Of a stretch of 31,066 bases of DNA, positions 17,344 through 29,200 are shown one piece after another. The notes beneath the pieces are model-generated. The model was given only the letters and a program-made list of their open reading frames with translations. It ran no database searches and was not told the origin of the DNA. Made by a program: the position numbers and the translations under genes. The DNA lies in IMG/VR virus record IMGVR_UViG_3300025639_000014, positions 1 to 31,066 of that record. One strand, 5' to 3'. This stretch comes from a virus. Its lineage: Duplodnaviria > Caudoviricetes. How positions within the stretch are numbered: the first letter of the stretch is position 1; the number at the start of each line of letters is the position of its first letter.

Positions 17344-20300
17344 ATGCCAACTTCAACTTCAACTTATAATAATAAACCTTATTATGATGATATTCATGTT
17401 AAAGATGCTAACGGTCTGTCACCTGCTGAGAAGTTTCAACGTATTCTCTTTAAGCCAGGTGTGGCAGTTCAAGCAAGAGAATTAACTCAAATACAGTCAT
17501 TATTGCAACAACAAATTTCTAATATTGGTGACCATTTCTTTAAAGAGGGTTCATTAATTGTACCAGGAAATATAACTCATAATTCAACGTTAGATTATAT
17601 TAAAGTTGCTCATGATGATGATAAAGATGACTCTTTCTATACTGATCTTATTAATCATACTATATTCGAAGATGATGGTACTGAAATAAAATCACCCATT
17701 AAAGCTTCGATTAAAAAAGTTGAAAAAGTTGAAGGTATATGGGTTTTTTATATAAATTATACATCCTCTAATCCAGATCCAGCGCGTGAATCCTCCTCCT
17801 TCTTTGTTCAAGGAGATACCTTTAAGATTCTTGATTATGTAAACAATACGGATATCTTAACAGTAGACTCTAATAATATAGATCTTGCAACAGGAAGTGC
17901 ATTAAAAGCGGCAGCCACAACAATATCTTCTGGTATATTTTATATTAATAAGCTTTTTGTTGTAGTACCTGAACAGACTATTATGTCTGTTCATACAGGT
18001 GTAGTTGATAAGAATCACCTGAATTTTTCGGTAGGATTAAAGATAACCGAAGAATTTGTTACCGCGGCTGTGGATCATTCTCTGCATGATAATTCTTTAG
18101 GTACTAATAATACTAGAGCGCCAGGTGCCGATCGCCTTCATGTAAAAGCTGCATTAGAATCTACTGGAATTGTAGATTCTTCATCTGATATTATTATACC
18201 AGATTCTAATTATATAGAATTGCTTAGAATATCAAAAGGTACAATAATTAAGAAAGTTGATAAAACTTCATACAATTTATTGGCAGATGAATTAGCTAGA
18301 AGAACATCTGATGAGTCTGGGGATTATACTATTGCACCCTTTACTCTAGATATTTTAGACTCAGTGTTTACTCCGGAAATTGATGATGTGGAATATTTCC
18401 CTGCAGTAGTAGGAAAATCAAAAGCATATGTAAAAGGTTACGAGATTGAAACTATAGCTCCTACTGATATTAAGATTCCTGTAGCAAATAAGGCCGTATT
18501 TACAAATAAATTAATTAATGCAGATAATAACTTCTATATTGATGTAAATTCTGTTAATGGAATGTATGACATCGGTAATCCATTAGTCCTTCATGGTTTC
18601 CTACCCAATTCTAGTAATAAGACGGTACTAGCTAATTTTAAAATATCTCATATTGTACCTATTGACGGTCCTATGTTTGATGCTATGGTTAGAATATACA
18701 TCCAGTATGAAATGGTACTAAATAATATCCAAACCTCTTACCTATCGGCTACTGATAGAACAGTGAGTCAGGCATTTGCTGATGGTAACTTAGCGTTTCA
18801 TGCTTCAGTTAATCATATCCAACTAAACTCTCAATTAGCTTCTAGAGTATATGAAATAGCAGATCATGGTGTATCTAAATTAAGTAATACTGGTATTAAC
18901 CCAGCTACACCTAATATAGGGCATGCCTCTTATAATTTAATACAGGAACTTGATGCCCAGTTAAGCTGGAATACTCAAACAAATCTAGCGGGCATGCCCT
19001 ATAGGGTGCCATTTGTAATCGAGTCTGGAGGTATTTTTGATGCCAGTCATCTAGATAGTATTGTAATGAAAAGTGTTAGTTTGAATCCAATGATACCTCA
19101 TGCCGCGGCAACACAGGTTGAATCGATTGGTACTTCAACTTCACTCGTCGACGGGGATTGCGACGATTTATCTATATCTATAGAGTCCGCGGACTCTACT
19201 AATAAAACGGTTAATGTTGATATTCCTGATTGCCATCCATGGATTACAGGAGAGTCAGGATCAGTACAGTTAAGATTAGTTATAGCTACTAAAGTAAATA
19301 AAACCTTAGGGTCTTTTAAAACAAAAACATTAAAAACTGATTCTCATACTATTAATGTAACATCAGAGATTCCAGACTCAAAACTAATAAATTTAAAATC
19401 CCATGCCGGTACTGCTGATGTTTATGATGTTTATGATATATTATCAATCTCAAACTCGGATGATGTTGAAGATAATACTAGTTATTTAAATAGTTTTACT
19501 ATTAAATCCACTGATAATGATAATATGTATAATAAATCTGCTCTTTCTTTTAATGGTAATATGGAAGCATTACCTGAGAATTTAACTATAACATACAGAT
19601 ATCTTGAGCATTCTGGTTCTGGAGACTTTTTCTCTATAGAATCTTATCCCACAGAAATTATAGGTAACTTACCTACATATTGGTCATCCTTAAAAGGAAG
19701 AGATTTAACAGTTGGTAATTTAATAGATTTCAGAACAAAGATGGATGATGTTGATCCTATACTTGAGCATAATACTTTAATTGATATAGATACTGCAATC
19801 GGTTATGATAGGCTAGATATAGTAACTGTAGACATAAATGGAATGTTTAATGTTATATCTTCTACACCCTCGGAAAGCCCATCAGTACCTGACACACCAA
19901 AAAATTCACTTAAATTGTATGAATTAATGATTCCTGCCAACTCATGGAAAGCTTCTGATATAACCATGAAACGGATAAATAATCGCAGATATACTATGAG
20001 GGATATTGGTAAAATAGAAAAAAGAGTTAATAGACTTGAGAAGTATACAACATTATCTCTTCTAGAATCTAATACTATGAATATAGATATTGGTAGAATG
20101 AAATCGGGATTTTTTGTAGATTCATTTAAAGATTATTCTAAAGCAGATGTTAATGATGTTGAGTTTAATTCCTCTGTAGATCCTTTAGAGAATGTATTAA
20201 GAGCTACAGCAGTTACTAAGAATTTCAATCTTTCTTGGGCGGATTCACCAGGTGTTATTTTTCAGTCTAATGGTATTGTGGAACAAGAACTAGACGGTAC

Positions 20301-23046
20301 ATTAACTTCTTCTCTGAATATTAAAAAAACCGGTGCTCTTGTAACATTGAATTATGAAGAAGTTCCAGAAATTCACATACCTATGGATGCAACAGGATCT
20401 ATAAACGTAAATCCTTATATGATACCTTCATATACAGGGAAATTGGAACTATCACCTGCTTCAGATGATTGGAAAGATACAGACCGTAGACCAGAGGTAA
20501 TATTCGAACAACCAGGCCTGTATGATGCTATGTTAGCTAATATTGATATGAATGATGTTGGTATATTCTATAAAGATTGGATAACACTACATTCAGGTAC
20601 AGTAATAGGTGATTGGGATTACTCAGGTAAACTTTCGTGGAAAGGGCGAGCACGTGAAAACATTACTTCTACGTTTCAGCGTAGAGAGGGTGTTGAAAAC
20701 ACTTTAGAAGAAACAACTGAATTAGTTGATATGGGCGATAGAGTAGTATCAGTTAATCTTGCATCGTCTATGAGAACCCGTTTAATATCATTTAAAGGTG
20801 TGGGTCTAAAACCTAATACTGAATTAGCAGCAACATTTGATGATGTGGATGTTTCCAGATTTTGTAGGAAGGATGAAGTGTTTATTGATCATACTATAGA
20901 AGGTGATTATCCTAATCTACAGATGGAAGAAAATTATGGAACTGAATGGTCTGAGATTGAGTATCTTAACGTAAATCATCATCCTGGTGAACAATCATCC
21001 CTAACAACAGATGAATTTGGTAATATATGTGGATCTTTTTGGTTACCTAATTTAGATGAAATTAACTTTAGAACAGGTGATCGTATATTTAGGTTAACTG
21101 ATGGATTTCTAGGGTCGGTTCCAGACAGTGCAGTTATTAACCGTGAGGTTGAAACTACTACAGCATCATTTACATATTCTGCTATAGGTCTTATCGAATC
21201 AAAAGAACATTTAACACTATCAACTAGATTACCGCATATTAATACTCATGAGATATCAGAAGAAAGGACACGAATAACATCTGATGTTCAATATAGAGAT
21301 CCTCTAGCACAATCGTTTGTATTAAATAGAACAGAATATCCTGATGGTTTGTTCGCAACATCAATTGATCTTTATTTTAAACAAAAGGATTTAAAGAGAG
21401 ACGTATCTATAGAACTTAGAGAGATGAGAGATGGAACTCCTACAATTAAAGTAATTCCATTCTCTAGAGTAACATTAAAATCCTCCGAAGTTACCGAAAT
21501 CTTTAAAGACATTTTTAGCATGGATAATGTTCAAGATAAATCTGATCTAATTGCAAATTCTAGGACTAAGTTTAAATTCGAGTCACCTGTTTATCTATCA
21601 CCTGGTGTTGAATATTGTTGGGTACTAGAAGCTGAGTCTGATAACTATGAAGTATGGTATCATACTAAAGGTCTAAGATCATTAGTAACTGGACAGCTGA
21701 CTAATACTCAACTATTTCCAGGTACTATGTTTAAATCGTCTAATGCTTCTACATGGTCACCTGATCAGGAGTCTGATATACCATTTACTTTAAATAGAGC
21801 TAAATTTAATACCAATAAAAAAGGTATAGTTAATTTTAAAGAAAATATGGCAACTGATGGATGGGGTAAGTCATCAAATGCATTAATATTAAAACCAAAT
21901 CCTTTTACTGTTCCTGCGGAACAAACATATATAGGTGAGTGGGCTGAGGGAATAGTCTACAGTAAAAATAATATAGTATTCCAAACTCTTGTAGACACTG
22001 GTGAAACTAAATATTATGTATCCAAGGTGGCGTATCCTGATATTAGTGCAAATGGTAATCCCTCCAATTCAAATTCGTCATTTTGGAGAGAGACACATTC
22101 TGCCGCGGCAAATTCAGACGAAATTACAGTTGACCATAAAAACCATGGTTTTAAAGTTGATGAATCTGTTACTATATCGGGTGCAACTGAATTCTCCGGA
22201 TATCCTGAACAATCTTTTAATATAGAACAAACAGTATTCAAGATACACTCACCTGATACCTATAGTATTCTAATCCCTCGTTCTTCCCGTACACTATCAG
22301 GAGATAGTGCAGCATGGGTTAAAACAAAAGGTGGTGGTTCATCTGTAAGTTCTACATTCTCTGTTGATTATTCTGAATTCCACCTACAAGTGGCAGAGGT
22401 TATACCAAATAATACAGAAATTAATTGGTCTTCTAACCACACTTTAAGAAGTAATCTAGGGACCCCGAATAGACTATCAGAAAATCTAGATGTAACATCA
22501 AATATTACAAATTATAACGATAAACAGTTTACCATTGCTTCAAACGATCCTAACATTCAATGTGAATTCATTGCTAATTTATCGTCTGTATCTGATCATA
22601 TATCACCTTGTATTGATCTTGACAGAATATCGGTTTTGGCAATAGAGAATATAATAGGCTCTTCTGATAAAGACTCAATAGCTACATATATTTCAAAATC
22701 TATTACTTTATCAGAACCTTCTTCACAGCTTAGACTACTTGCTGATGTATTATCTCCTGCCGGGACTAACGTTAAGATTTTCTATAAAAGAGACAATGCT
22801 GAATTAACTGTACCAGTAGCACCTTCAGTCTCAAATGCGCATGATTGGATAGAGTTCACTAGTGATGGTTCATCTGCTATAGCAATTCCTATAGGTAACT
22901 CTAATGATTTTATTGAAGTGGAGCTAGAACATTTAACGGAAGGAATAGCGTTTTCTTCATATCAGATAAAAATTGAAATGTTTTCTAATAATCCAGCAAT
23001 TGTTCCATTAGTGTCTGGATTAAGAGTTATAACAGGTATATCATAA
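17344..23046 (+). CDS. Large virion structural protein, VrlC-like (DUF4815-type)
   Basis: 1900 aa. PYYDD, RILFKPG.AVQARELTQ.QS.LQ.QI..G.H.FKEGS, APGADR, LARRT.DESGDY, RRYTMRDIG..EKR...LE.YT.LSLLE, KSGFFVD.F, DPLAQSF, G..FKS.N..TW...Q..D..F. Follows gp8 as in marine T4-like phages. Confidence 0.88.
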   Translation: MPTSTSTYNNKPYYDDIHVKDANGLSPAEKFQRILFKPGVAVQARELTQIQSLLQQQISNIGDHFFKEGSLIVPGNITHNSTLDYIKVAHDDDKDDSFYTDLINHTIFEDDGTEIKSPIKASIKKVEKVEGIWVFYINYTSSNPDPARESSSFFVQGDTFKILDYVNNTDILTVDSNNIDLATGSALKAAATTISSGIFYINKLFVVVPEQTIMSVHTGVVDKNHLNFSVGLKITEEFVTAAVDHSLHDNSLGTNNTRAPGADRLHVKAALESTGIVDSSSDIIIPDSNYIELLRISKGTIIKKVDKTSYNLLADELARRTSDESGDYTIAPFTLDILDSVFTPEIDDVEYFPAVVGKSKAYVKGYEIETIAPTDIKIPVANKAVFTNKLINADNNFYIDVNSVNGMYDIGNPLVLHGFLPNSSNKTVLANFKISHIVPIDGPMFDAMVRIYIQYEMVLNNIQTSYLSATDRTVSQAFADGNLAFHASVNHIQLNSQLASRVYEIADHGVSKLSNTGINPATPNIGHASYNLIQELDAQLSWNTQTNLAGMPYRVPFVIESGGIFDASHLDSIVMKSVSLNPMIPHAAATQVESIGTSTSLVDGDCDDLSISIESADSTNKTVNVDIPDCHPWITGESGSVQLRLVIATKVNKTLGSFKTKTLKTDSHTINVTSEIPDSKLINLKSHAGTADVYDVYDILSISNSDDVEDNTSYLNSFTIKSTDNDNMYNKSALSFNGNMEALPENLTITYRYLEHSGSGDFFSIESYPTEIIGNLPTYWSSLKGRDLTVGNLIDFRTKMDDVDPILEHNTLIDIDTAIGYDRLDIVTVDINGMFNVISSTPSESPSVPDTPKNSLKLYELMIPANSWKASDITMKRINNRRYTMRDIGKIEKRVNRLEKYTTLSLLESNTMNIDIGRMKSGFFVDSFKDYSKADVNDVEFNSSVDPLENVLRATAVTKNFNLSWADSPGVIFQSNGIVEQELDGTLTSSLNIKKTGALVTLNYEEVPEIHIPMDATGSINVNPYMIPSYTGKLELSPASDDWKDTDRRPEVIFEQPGLYDAMLANIDMNDVGIFYKDWITLHSGTVIGDWDYSGKLSWKGRARENITSTFQRREGVENTLEETTELVDMGDRVVSVNLASSMRTRLISFKGVGLKPNTELAATFDDVDVSRFCRKDEVFIDHTIEGDYPNLQMEENYGTEWSEIEYLNVNHHPGEQSSLTTDEFGNICGSFWLPNLDEINFRTGDRIFRLTDGFLGSVPDSAVINREVETTTASFTYSAIGLIESKEHLTLSTRLPHINTHEISEERTRITSDVQYRDPLAQSFVLNRTEYPDGLFATSIDLYFKQKDLKRDVSIELREMRDGTPTIKVIPFSRVTLKSSEVTEIFKDIFSMDNVQDKSDLIANSRTKFKFESPVYLSPGVEYCWVLEAESDNYEVWYHTKGLRSLVTGQLTNTQLFPGTMFKSSNASTWSPDQESDIPFTLNRAKFNTNKKGIVNFKENMATDGWGKSSNALILKPNPFTVPAEQTYIGEWAEGIVYSKNNIVFQTLVDTGETKYYVSKVAYPDISANGNPSNSNSSFWRETHSAAANSDEITVDHKNHGFKVDESVTISGATEFSGYPEQSFNIEQTVFKIHSPDTYSILIPRSSRTLSGDSAAWVKTKGGGSSVSSTFSVDYSEFHLQVAEVIPNNTEINWSSNHTLRSNLGTPNRLSENLDVTSNITNYNDKQFTIASNDPNIQCEFIANLSSVSDHISPCIDLDRISVLAIENIIGSSDKDSIATYISKSITLSEPSSQLRLLADVLSPAGTNVKIFYKRDNAELTVPVAPSVSNAHDWIEFTSDGSSAIAIPIGNSNDFIEVELEHLTEGIAFSSYQIKIEMFSNNPAIVPLVSGLRVITGIS

Positions 23047-23048
23047 TA

Positions 23049-23261
23049 ATGAATGGGACTGTACATATAAAGGATCATAAGGATTATATAAGAGATCTTA
23101 ATACAGGTGCTATTACATTTAATAACCATTTAAAAGTTAATAAATATAAAAAACAACTTCAAGTAGAAACACATAGAGATATGGAAATAAAAATGCTAAA
23201 AGAAGACATTAAAAACATTAAGAATATCATTAGCCAATTATTGGTGGAGATTAAACAATGA
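23049..23261 (+). CDS. Small conserved protein with a C-terminal coiled coil
   Basis: RD..TGAI.....Y....EI..LK.DI..IK....LL pattern, typically found downstream of VrlC-like genes. ATGA overlap with the next gene. Confidence 0.75.
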   Translation: MNGTVHIKDHKDYIRDLNTGAITFNNHLKVNKYKKQLQVETHRDMEIKMLKEDIKNIKNIISQLLVEIKQ

Positions 23262-26200
23262 GTGTTATAGAGATATATAATTGGGACACTTTCTTAGATT
23301 GGAAAGAAAAAAATAATAACCTTGCTTCAGCTGTAGGAGATACAGCAAAGATTACAGTTGGTTTAAATTCAACTATAGTAGGAGAATTACTGAAACTTAA
23401 AGGTCAGGGATATTCTGAAGATGATATTAAAGATTTTATAGGCAGGTGGTTGGCCAGCAGTTCGGCTGCGTCGACTGGTGTTGACATCACTTACAATGCA
23501 ACGACAAACCAGTTAACGTTTGAGGTTACTGCTGAGGGAAATGGCTTGGGTGGTTATACTGGGCTTACTAATACTGCTGATGGTGTCGAAAGTTTATTTG
23601 AGTTTTGGCAATCGATCCAACCTGCAGGGGCTGATACTTCAATTACTGCCTTTTTTAGTTCTTTGGTAGGTAATACAGGTGGTGGTGGTACACATGGTAT
23701 TCGTGGTGTTGATTCTGATGGTAATATATTCCGTATGAGCCTAGAAGTGTACCGAAGAACAGCTGCAGATATTAGTTCAGCTGAACTCCAAGCTTTACAG
23801 ATACCAGATACAGAGAATGGGTCATCTATTGACGTATTATCAACTAACGTTAACGCTACATTTATTGCACCTGCTGGTTGGACTGCATATACTCCACCAC
23901 CAGACGAGAACGACCCTGCTAGCACAGAAGCTCTTTGGAGATCTAGTACTATAGTAACATCTCTTCCAATATTTAATTCCTCTCGCGTGTATAATCTTGG
24001 GGATCGTGTAATTTGGAATTCACAGACATACGAATTTATATGGGAGGATTCGGTAGACAAGGATCTAGTTGTTAATTGGGATCCAGCAACTAATGCTGTT
24101 AGTTTATCTTACCATTATATAGATATAGACTCTGTTACAGGAGAAATTAGTCCCACTGACAACAGGACAGTTGCATGGGACCCGGCGGTGGGGTACTATA
24201 AAGACGAAGTTTATGGTTCAGTAATCACTAGAAATGGTTATAACTTTTCGCAACAACTTGGATTAGATTCTGCAGGTAATTTAAACACCTCTACAGGTAC
24301 TACACAACCCGGTGGATGGACACTAGTTCTTGATGCCTCGGGTAATCCTGTAGGTACGAAAATAATGGACATCCCTAACTGGAGTTCACCACAAGCTAAT
24401 GCAATGGCTGGGGATGGTTCAGATGGTAGATCAGGTACTGAGCGTAATGTATACACGTTAGATCCATCTAACACATGGGGTGATGCAGGTGAGCTTATAG
24501 CCCCTATAGGTGGAAGTTTTAATTTTATGGGAGATGGTGAATTAACTGTACCAGTAGCACCTTTAACTGACCCTGATGTACATGAATGGGTAGCTAAGCC
24601 GGGTGATGCTATGTTACCTGGAGGGACAGAAACATACGCTCAAAATAGAACCCAAGGTGTACTATGGTATGCAAAAGCATCATTTTTATCTGATACTCCT
24701 ACAGGGAGCTCCTACCATACTGTGGATGGTTTGGAAGGTAGTGAGGGAAAATCATGGGGTGATGTATTAAGATCAGGTACTGATGGTGAAAACGCAAATA
24801 ATACTAGAGACATTCAGTTATTCAAAAGGCTTACTTTAAATGAACTAAACGTCGAACCACATCCAGTAATTGGTAACACCGTTAAACCCACTAGATGGAA
24901 TTTTGGTACAGATCAGTTAGAATTTGATAATTTAGTGGGTGGTGGCTCAGGTAATTGGTATCGTTGGCCTGAATCACAGGAGGATCTTGTTAGATTAGAA
25001 GCACCTGCTGAGATGATAGCTTCTACATTTTATCCAGAATTTGTTAATGAAACAGGGTATGGGTTTGTCGATACAGATCGAGTAGGTAATGTCCCACCTA
25101 ATGTGGACTATGATACAGCAACACAGGACGATAAACTAGTTACTCTAGCTAGAATTACTGCAGGTGGAGCTTTTGCTAATATTGAAGAAAAATACATTGG
25201 GTATTATTTAGGATCGCCTAAGCCAGTTATTGACATAATAAATGGTTGGTGGTCTAGGCTTGCATCGTCAACAGATTTATTGACAGCTGATCATAATTTA
25301 TATGCGATAACAGCCATGGCCTCGAACTTAGTAGGTTCTGTACCTAACGTTGATACAACATTAACATGGCGCTATGAAAATATTGAAAAGTGTATAGTAA
25401 ATATTAATGGATATAATGGTGTTGATGGTAACGATGGAAGTGATATTAAAACAGTTAAACTCTGGGCTAGAGGTAATATAGGCACACTACCTTCTAACTC
25501 TGTTACTGATAATTGGAACACATATTATAATTTTTCTACTAATGAACTATTAGATCTACCAACAAGTAGTGAGGCCTCAATTGCTTCTGGATGGTATTTA
25601 AGCAATCTTAACAATATTAATGGGTTTGGATGTAATGGTGTAGACAACTGCTGGACTGCTGCGGATGTACATTTTATGGCAGAAGGTTCGGCAATAAAAC
25701 CTAATTATTGGGTTCCATGGCAGGCTTATAATGTGGATGATTATGTTAAATACGCTATTAGTGTTGATGGTACCGGTGCTCCAAACTTGCGCACATATAA
25801 ATGTATAGTAGCCACAGTCTTCGATCGTGATACTAGAGCTAATTTACTTACTGAATCACCCGAATCCAGTTCAGCCCACAGCTCACAGCATTGGGATGAA
25901 GTTACAGACGCTGCCGGAGCTTCTGGTGTATATTCTTTAATTATTGATGACTGGAAAATTGAGGCTACAGAGGTAGGTAACCAAGGTCCTGAGGGAGAAG
26001 CTGGGTCTAAGAATTATTCAGGGCCTGGTGAACCTGTAATTGCGGATACAGGCACACAATGGGCTAATGGTACTCATAGATTTAAATTCACTTTACCCTC
26101 AAATGTGGCCGAGTTAATAGTTAGGATAAACGATCAATATGTTAATACGACTACTGGTGAATTGTATGAAATTCAAGTAGATCCTGCGAATCCGGATTTA

Positions 26201-29200
26201 GTTGTACCAGTATTATTATGGCAAATGGATATTACCCGTAAAGAAACTGACTTTATTTATCGTACTTGGCCTTTACAAGGAATACCTGGTACTGAACTTG
26301 GCGATTTAAACTCTACAAACGCCCTTGCAGCTGCCAACGCTGAATTACTTCAAGCACGTAAGGACAACAAGAGCAAACCGTCTACTGATCCTTTTTCAAG
26401 TGTGATGCCCCAGCTAATTCCATCACATGCTGCAGATACTGAGAACAATCCTTTTTCAGGATGGCATACTAGTATGCCTGCTTATAATCCTGATGAGTAT
26501 ATAATTTGTTCAGCGTCAATAGCATTGTTTAGAGGAAATGCATTACCAGGTGATCCATCACCTGTATGGGATGTTGTAACTGACACTATGGATACTACTG
26601 CAGTAGATGCTTTTGATCCGACTAAGGCATATCTCGTAGGTAAGGTAGTTAAAGATGCTAGCAATACAGCTTATATTTCTATAGATAATATTCCTGCAGG
26701 ATCAACTCTTCAATCTGGTGATCAATGGTGGGCGTTTGGAAGAAATTATCTAGAATATAGTGTGTCTTGGGATTCTGCAGCACAACGATTAGCCACCGCT
26801 AGATGGTTTTATGGTGATGCTGACCCTCAAACGGATTTTCCTCACGGTATTTGTGCTGATGGTCTAGATGCAAACAATAGAAGTCAACCGGTCGCATGTA
26901 TTTCAGCTGCTACTTCTGCAAATAGATTAGATACTGTTGAAGGAGCAGTTTATGTACGAACTCTAGTAGGTTCTGAGTCTGCATATAAACTTACCATTGA
27001 TGAAAATAATGTAAAAACATGGACCAATATAATTTCGGAGATGAGAGGTCCTGAAGGTACTTCTGGTGATCAACTGGTTATTTTGTATACCACTGAGCAA
27101 TATTATAGAGATGAACTCGATGATGCTCAAATACTGAATCTGTTACCGGATCCAACAGTATTGAACGTTAATACAATCTCAGGATGGTCCAAACTGGAAG
27201 GTGCTTTAACCGACGGCCAAGTTAGATATAAAACAACAGGATTTTTAGAAGCGGGTGGTACTAGCTGGGAATATAGAACTCCTATTATAGATACTCCTTC
27301 TATATGGCATACTCCAGGCCCTTTAGCCCCACATAGTAGAACGTTTTCACCAGCTGCAGTTGATGGTGATTTTTATGTTCAGACCAGCAGTGATGGGACA
27401 CGTGGTGAGAAAATATGGTCATATTATAGGTTTCCGAACCAGTCCATAGATTGGCATGAAATTGTTGAGGAAATGACACCTTCACATTGGTTAGATGGGC
27501 CGAATGATCCTAATAATAGTCAAGGTCTAAACGGAGATTTTTTCTTAAATACCACAACTGAGGAGGTGTGGAAGAAAACTAATAATGTATGGTCAGCAAG
27601 TACTAATTTAAAAGGTGCCAAAGGTGTTGATCCTGAAAGAAATGCGTGGGTATTTATTAAAGTAGATGATGGTGTAACACCATCATCACCTCCTTTAGGT
27701 CAGCCCTATACGTCAGATCCAGGAGGTGGTTGGTATAATGATTTAGCGGATATTTCAGGATCCGTCCTTCCTACTGAGAGAATATGGACAAGTCTAGGTA
27801 CAACTCCATTGGATGGTGTATCACCATGGCCTGTTACTCATTGGTCACCTCCTTCAAAATTAACAGGAGATATAGGTCCTGATGGTCCTGCAGGACCGGG
27901 TTCTATAATGCTACATACAGTTGCAGTAAATAAACCAAACGGTCTGCCAAACGGTCTTACTGATCAGATTATCGCCACAGATTTAGCTAACGGTGGTTCT
28001 TGGTATTCGAATGGTACCACTTGGACAGATGCACCTGCTGACCCAACAGGTGACGAGGTACTCTGGAGTACTTTTGGTCAGAGACCTGAAGGAATAGGTA
28101 GCTACTATGTGTTCAGAGTTATAGTACAAGCATCAGGTTCTCAGGGTAATCCAGGGATTGCCACAAACGGTGAAAATGGTGCAAGAACTGCATCAGGAAC
28201 ATTATACCTTAGTAATCTTTGGACTAATGACTACACTGATCCACAACCACCGTATTTAAGTGAAAGTAATTATAACTGGTCTACAAACCAGTGGACCACT
28301 CTCTCGGGTACCGGATGGTCTGTGAATCCTCAAACAGTAACTCCTGAAGCGGTTGGTAAGTACTTCGCCTGTGTTTATACAGTAGTAGAGGGTATGAATG
28401 GTAATACTGGAACCGTTACCACGGGTAGTACTATCCGATCATATAATTTTAATGGAACTGTATCATTTTCAGATTTAAGTGATGATACTATTGGAACAAC
28501 TATTATTCATGGGTCAAACATTACCACAGGTACTATTACAGCAACCGAGTTATCCGCTGATGCCATCTCGACAGGGATGCTTAACAGTATCGATATTGGT
28601 AGTGGGATGAGTTTCTCGCTAGGTGATCCTGCGAACTTTGGTGCAGGTATTGCCCCTGCCGCAGCGTCCTTAGAGACTTCTGTTGGAGATAAGATGGCAC
28701 TAATCGCTATTGGCACTAATACAGGAGCTAGTTTTACGGCAGGTTTTGGGGCTATTGGAGACAGTTCAGCTTTAGGAGCAATTGTTCAACACACCTCATA
28801 CGCAGCGGAACTTCCAGACAGAAAGTGTACCTTTGTTGGAACAAATGGTGGAATAACATGGGAAACTGAGATTGACGGTGCAATGGTGCAAGGGGGTGGA
28901 GAGTCTTACGGTTCTGTCTCTTACATAAGTAACCTAGATAATACCTCAATGTGGGGTGGTGCAACAACAGGTTGGATTGCAGGCGATAATCAATGTATAA
29001 CATACCTTGCCCTGCACGTCCCCTCCACAGGAGAAATTTATGGTATTCACTCCGCAGGTGATGCGTTCATAGCAGGGGGTGCTTACATAGCAGGTGGGGT
29101 TTCTCCATTTACTGGATGTCATAAGGGTTTGCTCGACAAGTCGTATAGCCCAGTTGAGGGTGACATTCTGGTTGATAATGGAGTGACAATTAAAGGGGAT

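Noticed and set aside
22001-22225. Alternate-frame + ORF inside the VrlC-like gene
   Set aside because: GTG start, short, and the main frame is intact.
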